Assembly (NCBI GenBank): GCA_044347345.1
Contig: JBIKUX010000005.1
Coordinates: 32,001-96,000 of the forward strand
From: Bdellovibrionota bacterium
GTDB taxonomy: Bacteria > Bdellovibrionota_C > UBA2361 > JBIKUX01
Length of the DNA stretch: 64,000 bases
Reading direction: 5' to 3'
In this document: positions 10,552-20,921 of the stretch, piece after piece
How positions within the stretch are numbered: the stretch's first letter is position 1
Layout of the letters: every line of letters begins with the position of its first letter
The notes under the pieces: generated by a model
Databases searched by the model: none
What the model saw: only the letters and a program-made list of their open reading frames with translations
Told to the model about the DNA's origin: nothing
Position numbers and translations under genes: made by a program

Positions 10552-12186
10552 TCACTTTTTTTCAAGCATAAACTTAGCAGCAGCCCGCACTTGCGGATGA
10601 GAATCACTAACTGAAATAACTTCAAGAACAGACCTCACAGACATCTCATCACTTTCACCCAGAACTACTACCACTTCACGCCTGACTCTATACTCTTGGT
10701 CTTTAGTAAGAGGAGTAAGCTTCTCAGCTTTTTGTTGAGCATTAGCATGCGAAAAACCACGCACAGCGGCTATTCTCACCTCAGGATCACCATGAACAAG
10801 TAAAGGAGCCACTAAATCTGGAAGTTGAGGAATATCCCGTTGTCTGGCCTCATTAATAATAGCTACTAACAGGCTAGCATCTTTTGGTAAAGTACTGAAT
10901 AAAGCAACTAAATTATCGGTAGTTACATCAGAATATAGGCCTTTAGGATGAGGTTGAAGAGAACGACCCTCACTTAAAATTATATCGTCTATTCTGGGCA
11001 GTATAGTTTTAACTTCGTTAGGTTCATTCCAAAATTGTTCAAATAAAAAAAATACGAAACATACGCAGGTCAAAAAAATCATCGCATATAACAAGCTTTT
11101 AAATTCAAAATACCTTAAAGATATCGAATCTAAGGCACCAGAGTATATATTCTCTTTTGTCTTGATTATACTTGTCTGAGCATCTTCTTTTTCTTGAACA
11201 TCCTCAGCATAGGTAATTAGCCCAATACTCTTTCTCGCAACACTAGTTTGACTATTAGTTGAAAAACGAACCGAATGAAGCCCCTTGCTGGTGAGTGCTC
11301 CCAAAACCTCAGAAGCTATTGGACTAGATAAATGGCCACCAACATCACTTACTCTGGCCTTAGCTTTCATTAAGAGTGGGGATAATTCTGAAATTAACTC
11401 TTTTCCAGAGCCAAACCGAAACTTTCTCTCCCGCGCAAATGCTCGAGCAAAAAACTCTTCAAATTCCTTTGTAGCATAAACGGGTTGAGCAACTTTGTGT
11501 TGATAAACTGATACCCAATTACCGGCCAAAATACGAGAGATAATTTCTCGAGAAGAATCGCCACTAAAAGGCTTGGTACAATACAGAATCTCATATAGCA
11601 CCACGCTTAAAGCAAAAAGGTCGGTCTTACCATCCAAAGATTCGCCCTTTATCTGCTCTGGCGCCATATAACCTGGTGAACCGATACTTTTATTACCCTC
11701 AGACTTACGCCAACGTATCTGAGAAATTCCAAAATCTAATACTCTCAACCCCCCGTCTTGTGTCAGAAAAATGTTCGATGGCTTTATATCACAATGAACT
11801 ACTCCTCGGCTGTGAGCATAATCAAGACTGCTTGCTATTAACGCCAGAATCTCGAGAGTACGATCTGGAGTTATATTATTAGCCTTATTGATAAAGGATC
11901 TAAGAGTCTCACCTTGAAGATACTCAAGAACTAAATAAGGAGAGAAAGAAGAGTCATCTTGAATACAATCATAGATAACCATGATGTTTGGGTGACTTAG
12001 CTGAGCTGCTAAACGAGCCTCTTCAATAAAATTTGCATTTTCTCGGCTGGAGTTAGTAACCACACACTTAATGGCCACATACCTACTAAGGGCAGCATCA
12101 AAGCCTAGGTAAACCACCCCCATTGCTCCTTTACCGACGAGCCCTGTGATGCGATACTTGCCTATGACTGATGGAACATCGCTCAT
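10552..12186 (-). CDS. Hanks-type Ser/Thr protein kinase with TM and C-terminal HEAT repeats
   Basis: GKGAMG, VAIK, HCDIKPSN, DFG, GSPGYMAPEQ; TM near aa 365-385; DPEVRIAAV/EYRVRREVV/HPQVRAAA HEAT-like motifs. Confidence 0.93.
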   Translation of the reverse strand: MSDVPSVIGKYRITGLVGKGAMGVVYLGFDAALSRYVAIKCVVTNSSRENANFIEEARLAAQLSHPNIMVIYDCIQDDSSFSPYLVLEYLQGETLRSFINKANNITPDRTLEILALIASSLDYAHSRGVVHCDIKPSNIFLTQDGGLRVLDFGISQIRWRKSEGNKSIGSPGYMAPEQIKGESLDGKTDLFALSVVLYEILYCTKPFSGDSSREIISRILAGNWVSVYQHKVAQPVYATKEFEEFFARAFARERKFRFGSGKELISELSPLLMKAKARVSDVGGHLSSPIASEVLGALTSKGLHSVRFSTNSQTSVARKSIGLITYAEDVQEKEDAQTSIIKTKENIYSGALDSISLRYFEFKSLLYAMIFLTCVCFVFFLFEQFWNEPNEVKTILPRIDDIILSEGRSLQPHPKGLYSDVTTDNLVALFSTLPKDASLLVAIINEARQRDIPQLPDLVAPLLVHGDPEVRIAAVRGFSHANAQQKAEKLTPLTKDQEYRVRREVVVVLGESDEMSVRSVLEVISVSDSHPQVRAAAKFMLEKK

Positions 12187-12206
12187 ATTTTGATGGGTTA
12201 GCAGTA

Positions 12207-12237
12207 TGATATTATTATACTTAGTATAATAATATCA
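12207..12237. promoter_or_regulatory. Perfect palindrome (15-bp arms, 1-nt centre) upstream of the kinase; candidate operator
   Basis: TGATATTATTATACT-T-AGTATAATAATATCA; contains TATAAT on both strands, 20 nt upstream of the kinase ATG. Confidence 0.55.
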
Positions 12238-12272
12238 CTTTTTGCTAGCTTTTTTAAAAGCTGTGCCTACAG

Positions 12273-12325
12273 AGAGTGTGCGCCAAAGAGTGTGCGCCAA
12301 AGAGTGTGCGCCAAAGAGTGTGCGC
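12273..12325. repeat. Tandem repeat, 14-bp unit x ~3.8
   Basis: AGAGTGTGCGCCAA three times perfect plus AGAGTGTGCGC. Confidence 0.97.
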
Positions 12326-12358
12326 TAGTCAGTCTTAGCAGATCCTATTCTGCAGACC

Positions 12359-12643
12359 CTATTCTTCTGATAAGCCTGTCTCATCAGGAGAAGAACTACC
12401 TTTTTGCTGCATCGCTCGCCAAGCCGCTTCAGTAAAGCGCTTTATGATACGGCCTTTAGAGAGATCATAAGGAGAGATTTCTACTATTACATGATCCCCA
12501 GGAAGTACCCGAATATAAAATCGCCTCATCTTACCTGCTAAATAGGCAAGTAACTCATGCCCATTATCACACTCAACTTTAAATGTTGTGTTAGGGAAGC
12601 ACTCTTTTACTACCCCGTGCATTTCAATACCGTCTTTTGCCAT
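12359..12643 (-). CDS. infA: Translation initiation factor IF-1
   Basis: [48 protein letters not shown]. Confidence 0.97.
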   Translation of the reverse strand: MAKDGIEMHGVVKECFPNTTFKVECDNGHELLAYLAGKMRRFYIRVLPGDHVIVEISPYDLSKGRIIKRFTEAAWRAMQQKGSSSPDETGLSEE

Positions 12644-12735
12644 TACCGTGCATCCATCTTACTTATTGGGCACCTCTACGATTACCGTTACAACTTTAGC
12701 TTTACTACTTACCTTCTAAATCAGATAAAATAATT

Positions 12736-13716
12736 TCATCCTACTACCGGCCCTAAGGCACGATATTTACTGTACCTTAGCTCACGAAGTTCTTCCACAA
12801 CCAATCCACGCAAAGTCTCCATGTGCCTCACAAGAGCAACCTTTAGATTTTCTGCGCTCTCTTTATGATTACGATGAGCACCGCCAACCGGTTCAGGTAT
12901 TATTTCATCAATAATTCCATGCTTATAGAGAGAACCAGCCGTAAGCTGAAGAGCCTCTGCCATTTGCGCTGAACGAGTAGCTTGAACCTCTTGCGTGCTG
13001 TCTCGCCACAAAATTGTAGCACAAGACTCTGGGGTAATTACTGAATAACAGGCATGTTCTAGCATTAATATCCTATCGGCAACCCCTAAGGCTAAAGCAC
13101 CTCCGCTACCTCCTTCACCGATTACCACACTTATAATCGGTACGGTAAGTTCAGCCAATTCTAAGATATTTGTTGCGATAGCCTCAGCTTGACCCCGTTC
13201 TTCAGCTTCAACTCCTGGATAAGCGCCCTGAGTATCGATAAATGTTATCAGAGGAAGCTCAAATTTTTCACTCAATCGAAACAGACGCAAAGCTTTGCGG
13301 TATCCTTCAGGGTTAGGCATTCCAAAGTTACGCTTTAACCTATCAGCGGTAGTTTTACCACGCTGATGACCAACAATCATGACTGGTTGAGAACCTAACT
13401 TAGCTGTTCCACCCACAATAGCAGGATCATCGCGAAACTGCCTGTCACCATGTAATTCAATAAAGTCAGTAAAAATGTGCTTTATATAATCGAGGGTAAA
13501 TGGTCTATCAAAATGCCTAGATAGCTGCACTCGCTGATAAGCAGTGAGCTTACCATAAATCTCTTCGCGCAAACGAGCTACCTTGGTTTCAAGCCGCTTA
13601 TATTCGCTACGTCGCGATAAGTCGCCACCAGCTATATCGTCCTTAAGTTGCTCTAGTTCTGCCTCTAATTGGATGAGAGGTCCCTCAAAATCGAGAGGAT
13701 TAGAAGGTATTGTCAT
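12736..13716 (-). CDS. accA: Acetyl-CoA carboxylase carboxyltransferase alpha subunit
   Basis: HGDRQFRDD, GMPNPEGYRKALR, GEGGSGGAL. Confidence 0.97.
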   Translation of the reverse strand: MTIPSNPLDFEGPLIQLEAELEQLKDDIAGGDLSRRSEYKRLETKVARLREEIYGKLTAYQRVQLSRHFDRPFTLDYIKHIFTDFIELHGDRQFRDDPAIVGGTAKLGSQPVMIVGHQRGKTTADRLKRNFGMPNPEGYRKALRLFRLSEKFELPLITFIDTQGAYPGVEAEERGQAEAIATNILELAELTVPIISVVIGEGGSGGALALGVADRILMLEHACYSVITPESCATILWRDSTQEVQATRSAQMAEALQLTAGSLYKHGIIDEIIPEPVGGAHRNHKESAENLKVALVRHMETLRGLVVEELRELRYSKYRALGPVVG

Positions 13717-13753
13717 ATCCTTTTACTTTTCATATTTCAAACGCTCAGTTTGA

Positions 13754-14818
13754 TTAAAAAATAACTTGTCGGAGATACCACACTTGATGCGAAGTAGCTA
13801 CACCCCCGTTTTTTTCTATTAGACAGTGATACTGAGAAACAAGTGTATTGGCAACAAGATCAAAAGGAACTTCCTCAAAATAAATCTCTTCTATAGGCTG
13901 TCCACCACGAATTTGAGAATAATTCTGATTCTCTGATAAATAAAAACGAGCCCAATCTCTTTTACGAGGTTCTTGCCGCCAAAAAGTTATCTGCCTCTTT
14001 GCATAAGCAGCAGTATCTCGACATAACAATCTGTAAAGCTCCCCTTTGTCGTATTCTCCTCGAAGATATCCTAATGTATGCGAAACTCCTATTGCCTTAC
14101 AAAGGGGAACGGAAGTTAAATCATTGAACAATTCACTATATTTTATCGTTAATGCTTCAACCTCATCAATGAGTCCATGAGAAAGCATCTCCCTACTACG
14201 CTCGGCAATCCTGGATCGTAAACCAATTCTCTCTGGCATTACAGCCAATATGATTGCAGTTATTGGTGAGGGCGTATGCTTTACACCAAAGAGCTCACTC
14301 TGTGGCCTAGAAGTAATACGACTAACTTCAAGGGCTCGCTCAATACGTTGGCGGTCATTAGGGTGAAGCATTGCAGCACGATTAGGATCAACATTAACGA
14401 GTTCAGAGTAAAGCGAACTCGTGGTTCTAGAGGCAAATATCAAGCGAATCTCTTTACTAGCAGTTGGCTGAGGTGACAATCCAGTCAGAAGAGCGCTCAA
14501 GTACATACCAGAACTGCCAACTAAAATAGGTATTCGTCCATTTTTACTAACTTCACTTACCTTCTGAGTTACTAACCTCATCATTTTACCAGCATCTAAC
14601 GAATTTACTGGCGATATAAACCCATATAAATGATAAGGAATTTCCTGCTGAAACTCTAAAGGAGGGCAACACGAAGCAACTGGTACATCAGTATAACATT
14701 GCACAGTGTCGACATTAATAATTTCTCCCCCAATCTTTAAGGCTAATTTATGTGCTAGATCTGTTTTACCACTTGCTGTGGGTCCTGAAATAATGAGAAC
14801 GGGAATTGGAGTCATCAA
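13754..14818 (-). CDS. miaA: tRNA dimethylallyltransferase
   Basis: GPTASGKT, HPNDRQRIERALEV, YAKRQ; follows mutL. Confidence 0.93.
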   Translation of the reverse strand: MMTPIPVLIISGPTASGKTDLAHKLALKIGGEIINVDTVQCYTDVPVASCCPPLEFQQEIPYHLYGFISPVNSLDAGKMMRLVTQKVSEVSKNGRIPILVGSSGMYLSALLTGLSPQPTASKEIRLIFASRTTSSLYSELVNVDPNRAAMLHPNDRQRIERALEVSRITSRPQSELFGVKHTPSPITAIILAVMPERIGLRSRIAERSREMLSHGLIDEVEALTIKYSELFNDLTSVPLCKAIGVSHTLGYLRGEYDKGELYRLLCRDTAAYAKRQITFWRQEPRKRDWARFYLSENQNYSQIRGGQPIEEIYFEEVPFDLVANTLVSQYHCLIEKNGGVATSHQVWYLRQVIF

Positions 14819-14836
14819 AATAAAACTCCTTAACTT

Positions 14837-16732
14837 TTATACTGTTCGAGCAAACCAGTCGGAAAAATTCTTTACCGACAAAGCAACACTTATAGGACGG
14901 CCATGTGGGCAGGCACTAGAGTATTTTATTTCATCAAGAGATTTAGCCAAGGCGTTAATCTCAAGTGTTGATAGTTTATCGCCTCGACGAACACTGGCAT
15001 GACAGGCGAGACGAGATAAAAGCATATCTCGCGCTCTGATTGGCGTATCACTTGCAGAATCTTCAGTAAGTTCTTGGATTGTAGCAGTTACTACAGATGC
15101 TACCGAATCAATAGTCATACCACTGGTAAAAAAAATAGGCGCAATTCCAATTATATTTACAGAGCCGCTAGTAACCTCTATTTCAATACCTACTCTAGCT
15201 AACATACCAGCCATTTCTTGGAGAAGTTTCTCTTCAAAAAGGTCTGGAACTGGTAAAGCAAGCGGTAAAAGCAACCGTTGAGTTGAAGGCTCTTTACCAG
15301 TGTCACGATTTGAATTGAACCTAACCAAAAGTCGGTCAAAATTGACTCTCTCATGAGCGGCATGCGCGTCTAAAATAATACATTGATTATTCCATTCACC
15401 AACAAAGTAGACACCAAGCACTTGCCCAATAAATCTTATATCTTGATATCTAAAAGTCTCACAAAAAGGCATTGGACTGCTATTACTATCAATCTCTAAT
15501 TCTGGTATGCTGGTAACTTGGTTTTCTTGTGGATACTTAAATAATCTCGGCATAGAAGAGGGAAAGCTACCAACAATAGAGCTATCAACAACAGAAATCT
15601 CTGCCCTATAATAATTACTTTTGCCTAGCTCATCTTGAGAGATAAATCCAACAGAACTATCTCTAAAATTTTCGACTCGCCCTGAATCAACATCTCTCCT
15701 CACGATACTAATTGGAGCGCGAAAAGCAGCAAAACCTTCGACCACGGCATCGCGCACAAGAGAGTAAATATCACCGCTGTTAGCAAATCTCACTTCTGCT
15801 TTCTGAGGATGAACATTAATATCAAGTAGAGATGCAGGAAGAGTAATACTTAACATTCCAACCGGTAATTCTCGCTCGCGAAGCGCAGTGCCAAACCCCT
15901 CTCGCGTTGCTCGCACAATACCAGCATCACGAATGAGACGGTTGTTTACCAGAATATACAAAGGAGACGCGATGCTTCGTGCATTTGCAGGGTGACCAAG
16001 AAGTCCAGTGACAGACAAACAATCCCGACTAAGAGAGATGGGCACTAAGGTACCGTGTAAAATATGCCTAGCTCTATCAATAATACTTGAGGCAGGAAAC
16101 ACAGAAAATATCTCCTTACCATCATTTGATAAACAAAACCTCACCGATGGTGCCGTAAGTGAGGTTCCAGTCACCCAATTAAGTATTGCAGAAAGCTCGG
16201 TTCGCTCACTTTTTAAAAATTTACGTCGCACGGGGGTATTAAAGAAGAGATGATGCACAGCCACCGAGCTACCAACTTTAGCGGCAGGAACAGAATCTAC
16301 GGAAATTACCTTTCCACCGTGAATACGTACGACTGTCCCTTCTTTAGTAACAACGGACTTTACTTCTGGCTCTTTCGTCAGCAAATCGCGAGGAGCAGTA
16401 ATAAGCTCTACCCTACTTACCGATGCAATTGCCGCCAAAGCCTCTCCTCTAAAGCCTCGGGTAGATAATAGGAGCAGATCATCAAATTCAGCTATCTTCG
16501 ATGTAGCATGACGCTCAAATGCAAGAACTGCATCATTACGATCCATGCCTATTCCGTCATCTATCACGCGAACTAAGCGAGTGCCTCCCCCTTCTAATGA
16601 GATTAAGACTGTGCTACTGGATGCATCTAAGGAATTATCAACTAATTCTCGAACAATCGAGACCGGGCGTTCTACAACTTCACCTGCTGCAATCTGAGAA
16701 GCTACAATATCGGAGAGAACACGCACTGGCAT
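14837..16732 (-). CDS. mutL: DNA mismatch repair protein MutL
   Basis: IAAGEVVERP, GFRGEAL, DAHAAHER, ACH, CPHGRP. Confidence 0.96.
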   Translation of the reverse strand: MPVRVLSDIVASQIAAGEVVERPVSIVRELVDNSLDASSSTVLISLEGGGTRLVRVIDDGIGMDRNDAVLAFERHATSKIAEFDDLLLLSTRGFRGEALAAIASVSRVELITAPRDLLTKEPEVKSVVTKEGTVVRIHGGKVISVDSVPAAKVGSSVAVHHLFFNTPVRRKFLKSERTELSAILNWVTGTSLTAPSVRFCLSNDGKEIFSVFPASSIIDRARHILHGTLVPISLSRDCLSVTGLLGHPANARSIASPLYILVNNRLIRDAGIVRATREGFGTALRERELPVGMLSITLPASLLDINVHPQKAEVRFANSGDIYSLVRDAVVEGFAAFRAPISIVRRDVDSGRVENFRDSSVGFISQDELGKSNYYRAEISVVDSSIVGSFPSSMPRLFKYPQENQVTSIPELEIDSNSSPMPFCETFRYQDIRFIGQVLGVYFVGEWNNQCIILDAHAAHERVNFDRLLVRFNSNRDTGKEPSTQRLLLPLALPVPDLFEEKLLQEMAGMLARVGIEIEVTSGSVNIIGIAPIFFTSGMTIDSVASVVTATIQELTEDSASDTPIRARDMLLSRLACHASVRRGDKLSTLEINALAKSLDEIKYSSACPHGRPISVALSVKNFSDWFARTV

Positions 16733-16762
16733 TGATTGATTCCCTGACTAAGAAAGAGGTGA

Positions 16763-17917
16763 CTACTCAAATTTAGGCATAACCCGCACTTCTCGAGTAG
16801 AACCCCGCTGACCACCACGCTTTAAAGTAAGAGAAATAGACTCACCTCGTGGTGTTTTTAGCACCTGTTCCTCAATCTCCTCTTTGGTTCTAACTATCAC
16901 TCCATTCACTGCGACAACAAGATCGGCATTCTTAAAATCATGCACTACTCCGCGCATAAAAGCCCCACCCACTCGTCTCTCAATAGCACTAATTCCATTA
17001 GTGTCAGCCGGCCCACCCTCTAAAACTCGAAGCACCATTGGACCTTGATTTGTATCAACAAGCACCCAACCAAGGTCTGCTACTCGCACTTTACCAAATT
17101 GGATTAGTTCAGGAAGAATGCGCTTGATTTCATTAATCGGTATCGCAAATCCTATTCCCGCGGAATCACCTGATTGGCTCAAAATAGCCGTGTTTATCCC
17201 AATTAGCGTGCCAGTGATATCAAGGAGAGGGCCACCAGAGTTACCCGGATTGATGGCTGCATCGGTCTGAATTAAGCCCCTAAGAAGAGCTCCCGTCGGA
17301 CTGCGAACAGAGCGTTCCAGACTAGAAACAATACCGGTAGTTAGTGTGTGATGCAGACCAAATGGATTACCGATTGCAAGCACTCTCTGTCCAACTACTA
17401 AACTATTGGAATCACCAAGAGCCACTCCCACCAAATCCTTTGGGATATTAATTAAACGAAGCACTGCAATATCACCGGACCGGTCGTACCCTACAATCTC
17501 GGCTGGATAGTTTTTACCATTGGCGAGAGTCACTTCTATTCGCTGAGCTTCACCGACAACATGAAGGTTTGTCAGAATAATACCGCGACGCGGATCAACA
17601 ATTACTCCCGAACCCGTACCTTGCCTTGGGCGAACATCGAGAAAAATATCGAAGGGATCAATGGCAAGACTTATAGTGGTTATAAATACTACCGATTCTT
17701 TTACCTTGCGATATACTCCAATGGTTCTTATTTCTTCCTCACTTCGATAAGGACCCTCAACCTCTCTAGCGACAGCCGGTCTAATAGAAGAAGACGACAA
17801 GAAAATGCCGAAGCATGTACCCACTAAAACAGAAATAAGTACTAACAGGATTCTAGCTCTAACTGGCCTGTATTCTGAACTAAAGATACTTATATTTTTT
17901 CTTAAGAGTGTCTTCAC
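16763..17917 (-). CDS. HtrA/DegP-like trypsin serine protease with PDZ-like C-terminus
   Basis: TNLHV, IQTDAAINPGNSGGPL, N-terminal TM. Confidence 0.93.
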   Translation of the reverse strand: MKTLLRKNISIFSSEYRPVRARILLVLISVLVGTCFGIFLSSSSIRPAVAREVEGPYRSEEEIRTIGVYRKVKESVVFITTISLAIDPFDIFLDVRPRQGTGSGVIVDPRRGIILTNLHVVGEAQRIEVTLANGKNYPAEIVGYDRSGDIAVLRLINIPKDLVGVALGDSNSLVVGQRVLAIGNPFGLHHTLTTGIVSSLERSVRSPTGALLRGLIQTDAAINPGNSGGPLLDITGTLIGINTAILSQSGDSAGIGFAIPINEIKRILPELIQFGKVRVADLGWVLVDTNQGPMVLRVLEGGPADTNGISAIERRVGGAFMRGVVHDFKNADLVVAVNGVIVRTKEEIEEQVLKTPRGESISLTLKRGGQRGSTREVRVMPKFE

Positions 17918-17975
17918 GTTATAACCACTAAGAAATTTTCATAACTACTGGGAAATTGTCCAATAAAATTACCAA

Positions 17976-20276
17976 CTATTCGCGATCAAGATTAAGTGTA
18001 CTCATAAAATGAGTGACTCTTTCAACTTTAGTAACTCCAGATACTTGCTCTATAGCTCGCCGCACTCGCGATAGTTGCCCAGCATCCTTAATATGCAACT
18101 CAAAAGTCACTGTAGCTTTACCTATATTTGACGTCTTACAAGAACAACCAGATATATTCGCGCCTTGGGATGTTATGGCACTACTTAGGCCAGCCAAGAG
18201 CCCAAGCATATCTTGAGCATGTACGGTGAGCCTAACCTTTCTAAGCGCATCAACTTCTTGCTCCCATGTCACCTCAACAAGTCGTAAAGGATCTGACTGA
18301 TGCACCTGCATACAATCAGCATTATGCACGGTTACTCCCCTCCCCCGTGTTATAAAGCCTACAATTCTATCTCCTGGAAGAGGCTCACAACATCGAGCAA
18401 ATCTTACAATAACATCTTCAACACCACTGACTCTGACTCCAACTCGTTTTCGACTAGTGCGCGCCGCTCGTTGAAAAATTCGCTCAAGAGGTGAAACATC
18501 CGACACAAGAGGCGCCGTGATGGGCGAGCCATCCGGCAAAAATCGAGCCAGAACTTTTGATGGAGTAAGCTTGCCGTAACCAAGCTCTGCATACAAATCA
18601 TCTTCAGATTTTAATCCTAGCTCTTTTGCTACCTCTAAAACCTTACCACTCTTTTCAAGTTTTCTAAGGCTGAGCTTAAGCTTACGCATATCTTTAGTTA
18701 AAAGCTCTAAACCCAAAGCTAAAGAACTCGTTCTTTCTTGATGTTTTAAAAAAGCTCGGATCCGTTGCTTAGCTTTTGAGGACTGAACAAATCTTAACCA
18801 ATCTTTACTTGGTATATGCTGCTTAGATGTTAAGATTTCTACCGTATCACCATTTTGAAGTTGATAATCAAGTGGAACGATCTGACCATTTGCTTTAGCA
18901 CCAATGGTTCTATGCCCTACATCAGTGTGTACAGCATAAGCAAAATCAATCGGAGTTGCGTTGTAAGGTAAACGAAAAAGGTCTCCCTTTGGTGTAAAAA
19001 CAAAAACTTCCTCAGGGAATAATTCACTCTTTACCGATTGGATAAATTCATCTGGATTTTTAAGATAAGCTTGACTTTCTACGAGGTCTTTAACCCATCT
19101 TAAATCAAACTCACCCTCAGTTATAGATTCTCCACGCTCTTTATATCGCCAATGTGCGGCTATACCATCTTCTGCAACCCTATGCATTTCAGGTGTGCGA
19201 ATTTGTATCTCAACCCTATGACCTTCAGGCCCTATTACGGTAGTATGTAGCGACTGATACATATTTGGCTTAGGCATTGCGATGTAATCTTTGAATCTAC
19301 CGGGAACAGGGCGCCAAGAAGCATGAATTATCCCCAGCGTTTCGTAACAAGCTCGCACTGTCGGCACAATGATACGGAAACCAAGAAGATCATGAATTTC
19401 ATTAAAGGCGAGGTTTTGCCTCTCCATTTTTTGCCAAACAGAGTATGCATGCTTGACACGCCCCGTTACAGAAGCTGTAATTCCGCTGTTTTCTAGAAAA
19501 CTTGAGATCTTTTCTCCAGTTTGCTTGATGTATTGCTCACGCTCTGGAGCAGTTCGGTCAAACTCAGCGTTAATTGAGCTAAATAATTCAGGGCGAATAT
19601 GAAGAAAACAAAGGTCCTCAAGCTCAGACTTTAACCAGTGAATACCTAGTCTGTTCGCTATCGGAGCGTAAATATCTTTAGTTTCATTTGCTATGCGTAA
19701 TCTTTTTTCGGGAGCGAGCTCTCCTAAAGTTCGCATATTATGTAAACGATCGCATAATTTTACCAGCACAACGCGAATGTCTTTCGCCATTGCTATGAGC
19801 ATTTTTCGGAAACTTTCAGCTTGCTTTACTTCACGCGAAGAGAATTCAATTCTGGTGAGTTTAGTAACACCATCAACTATATGAGCAACATCCTCACCAA
19901 ACCTTGATGCAATATCCTCTCGAGTAACACCCGTATCCTCTATAGTATCATGAAGCAATGCAGCTATAACTGAAGCTGCATCTAATTTTAAGCTACAAAC
20001 TAGCAGCGTTGTCTCCTCAACATGATTAAAAAAAGGCTCACCAGAAACTCGGCGTTGCGGCGAGTGAGCAGCCTTTGCAAAACCATAAGCCTCAATTACA
20101 TGAGGAAGGTCTGGATCTGGATAATATTTTTTTAAAGCCTCACAAATCTGCCCCAACTTTCCGCAATCTGCAGAAGAAACTTCAGAAATAACCGTCTCAA
20201 CGGAACCTAGCTTTTGAAGCTTATAGGCTCGATTGGCTGGACTAATAAAGCTACGGCTACCCTTATCTTTACTCAC
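17976..20276 (-). CDS. rel: Bifunctional (p)ppGpp synthetase/hydrolase, RelA/SpoT family
   Basis: LLHDTIED (HD), YQSLHT, TGS (TPIDFAYAVHT), C-terminal ACT. Confidence 0.96.
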   Translation of the reverse strand: MSKDKGSRSFISPANRAYKLQKLGSVETVISEVSSADCGKLGQICEALKKYYPDPDLPHVIEAYGFAKAAHSPQRRVSGEPFFNHVEETTLLVCSLKLDAASVIAALLHDTIEDTGVTREDIASRFGEDVAHIVDGVTKLTRIEFSSREVKQAESFRKMLIAMAKDIRVVLVKLCDRLHNMRTLGELAPEKRLRIANETKDIYAPIANRLGIHWLKSELEDLCFLHIRPELFSSINAEFDRTAPEREQYIKQTGEKISSFLENSGITASVTGRVKHAYSVWQKMERQNLAFNEIHDLLGFRIIVPTVRACYETLGIIHASWRPVPGRFKDYIAMPKPNMYQSLHTTVIGPEGHRVEIQIRTPEMHRVAEDGIAAHWRYKERGESITEGEFDLRWVKDLVESQAYLKNPDEFIQSVKSELFPEEVFVFTPKGDLFRLPYNATPIDFAYAVHTDVGHRTIGAKANGQIVPLDYQLQNGDTVEILTSKQHIPSKDWLRFVQSSKAKQRIRAFLKHQERTSSLALGLELLTKDMRKLKLSLRKLEKSGKVLEVAKELGLKSEDDLYAELGYGKLTPSKVLARFLPDGSPITAPLVSDVSPLERIFQRAARTSRKRVGVRVSGVEDVIVRFARCCEPLPGDRIVGFITRGRGVTVHNADCMQVHQSDPLRLVEVTWEQEVDALRKVRLTVHAQDMLGLLAGLSSAITSQGANISGCSCKTSNIGKATVTFELHIKDAGQLSRVRRAIEQVSGVTKVERVTHFMSTLNLDRE

Positions 20277-20331
20277 CTGAATCTACTCATGGCCAAGTTA
20301 ATGGCTCGGTTACTCCTCGAAAAAACTTTTT

Positions 20332-20754
20332 TTAAGCAGCGTTTGGACTAAGTGGCTCAGATAACTCATCTTGAGCTAAGTTATCTCGGGCAACAGAGCT
20401 AGACTGCTCTGTAGTGCTCAGTGTTTTCCCATCAGTCGTTTTCCCGTCAGCGCGAGGATCTACTGAACCTCCACTAACACTCCCTAGTAAAGCATTTGCT
20501 CGGTCTGCTAGAGCTTCTTTTTGTTTTAACGCAGCATCTTCGCTCCTCTTGCGAAGCTCTTCATGAGACATGAGATACACCAAACCATCTGCAATTTCTC
20601 TTAGAGACACAACAACAGCTTTGTTCCCTCTCGCATCAGGGATAAGCACCTTTCCGCCGTGGAGCAACTGTTTGGTACGCTTTGCTGCTAATTGTACAAG
20701 AGCAAAACGATTTCTCTCATGAGCTAGACAATCTTCAACGGTAATTCGCGCCAT
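20332..20754 (-). CDS. rpoZ: RNA polymerase omega subunit with C-terminal extension
   Basis: [22 protein letters not shown]; upstream of rel. Confidence 0.95.
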   Translation of the reverse strand: MARITVEDCLAHERNRFALVQLAAKRTKQLLHGGKVLIPDARGNKAVVVSLREIADGLVYLMSHEELRKRSEDAALKQKEALADRANALLGSVSGGSVDPRADGKTTDGKTLSTTEQSSSVARDNLAQDELSEPLSPNAA

Positions 20755-20921
20755 ATCTATCCAACAAAGTAATAATAGAAGTCATACCAGATTAGCAAGT
20801 ATCTAACATTTTCGAAAGCCTTTAGTACCTTAAAAGATTGAGAGGGTTTTTCCACCATTTATTTTTGGCAATTATATTAAACAGAAGCTCTAGGGAAACT
20901 AATTAAAAACGATAGCTAATT

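Noticed and set aside
12273-12325. Repeat array as a possible CRISPR
   Set aside because: 14-bp units are directly adjacent with no spacers, and there are no cas genes in the window
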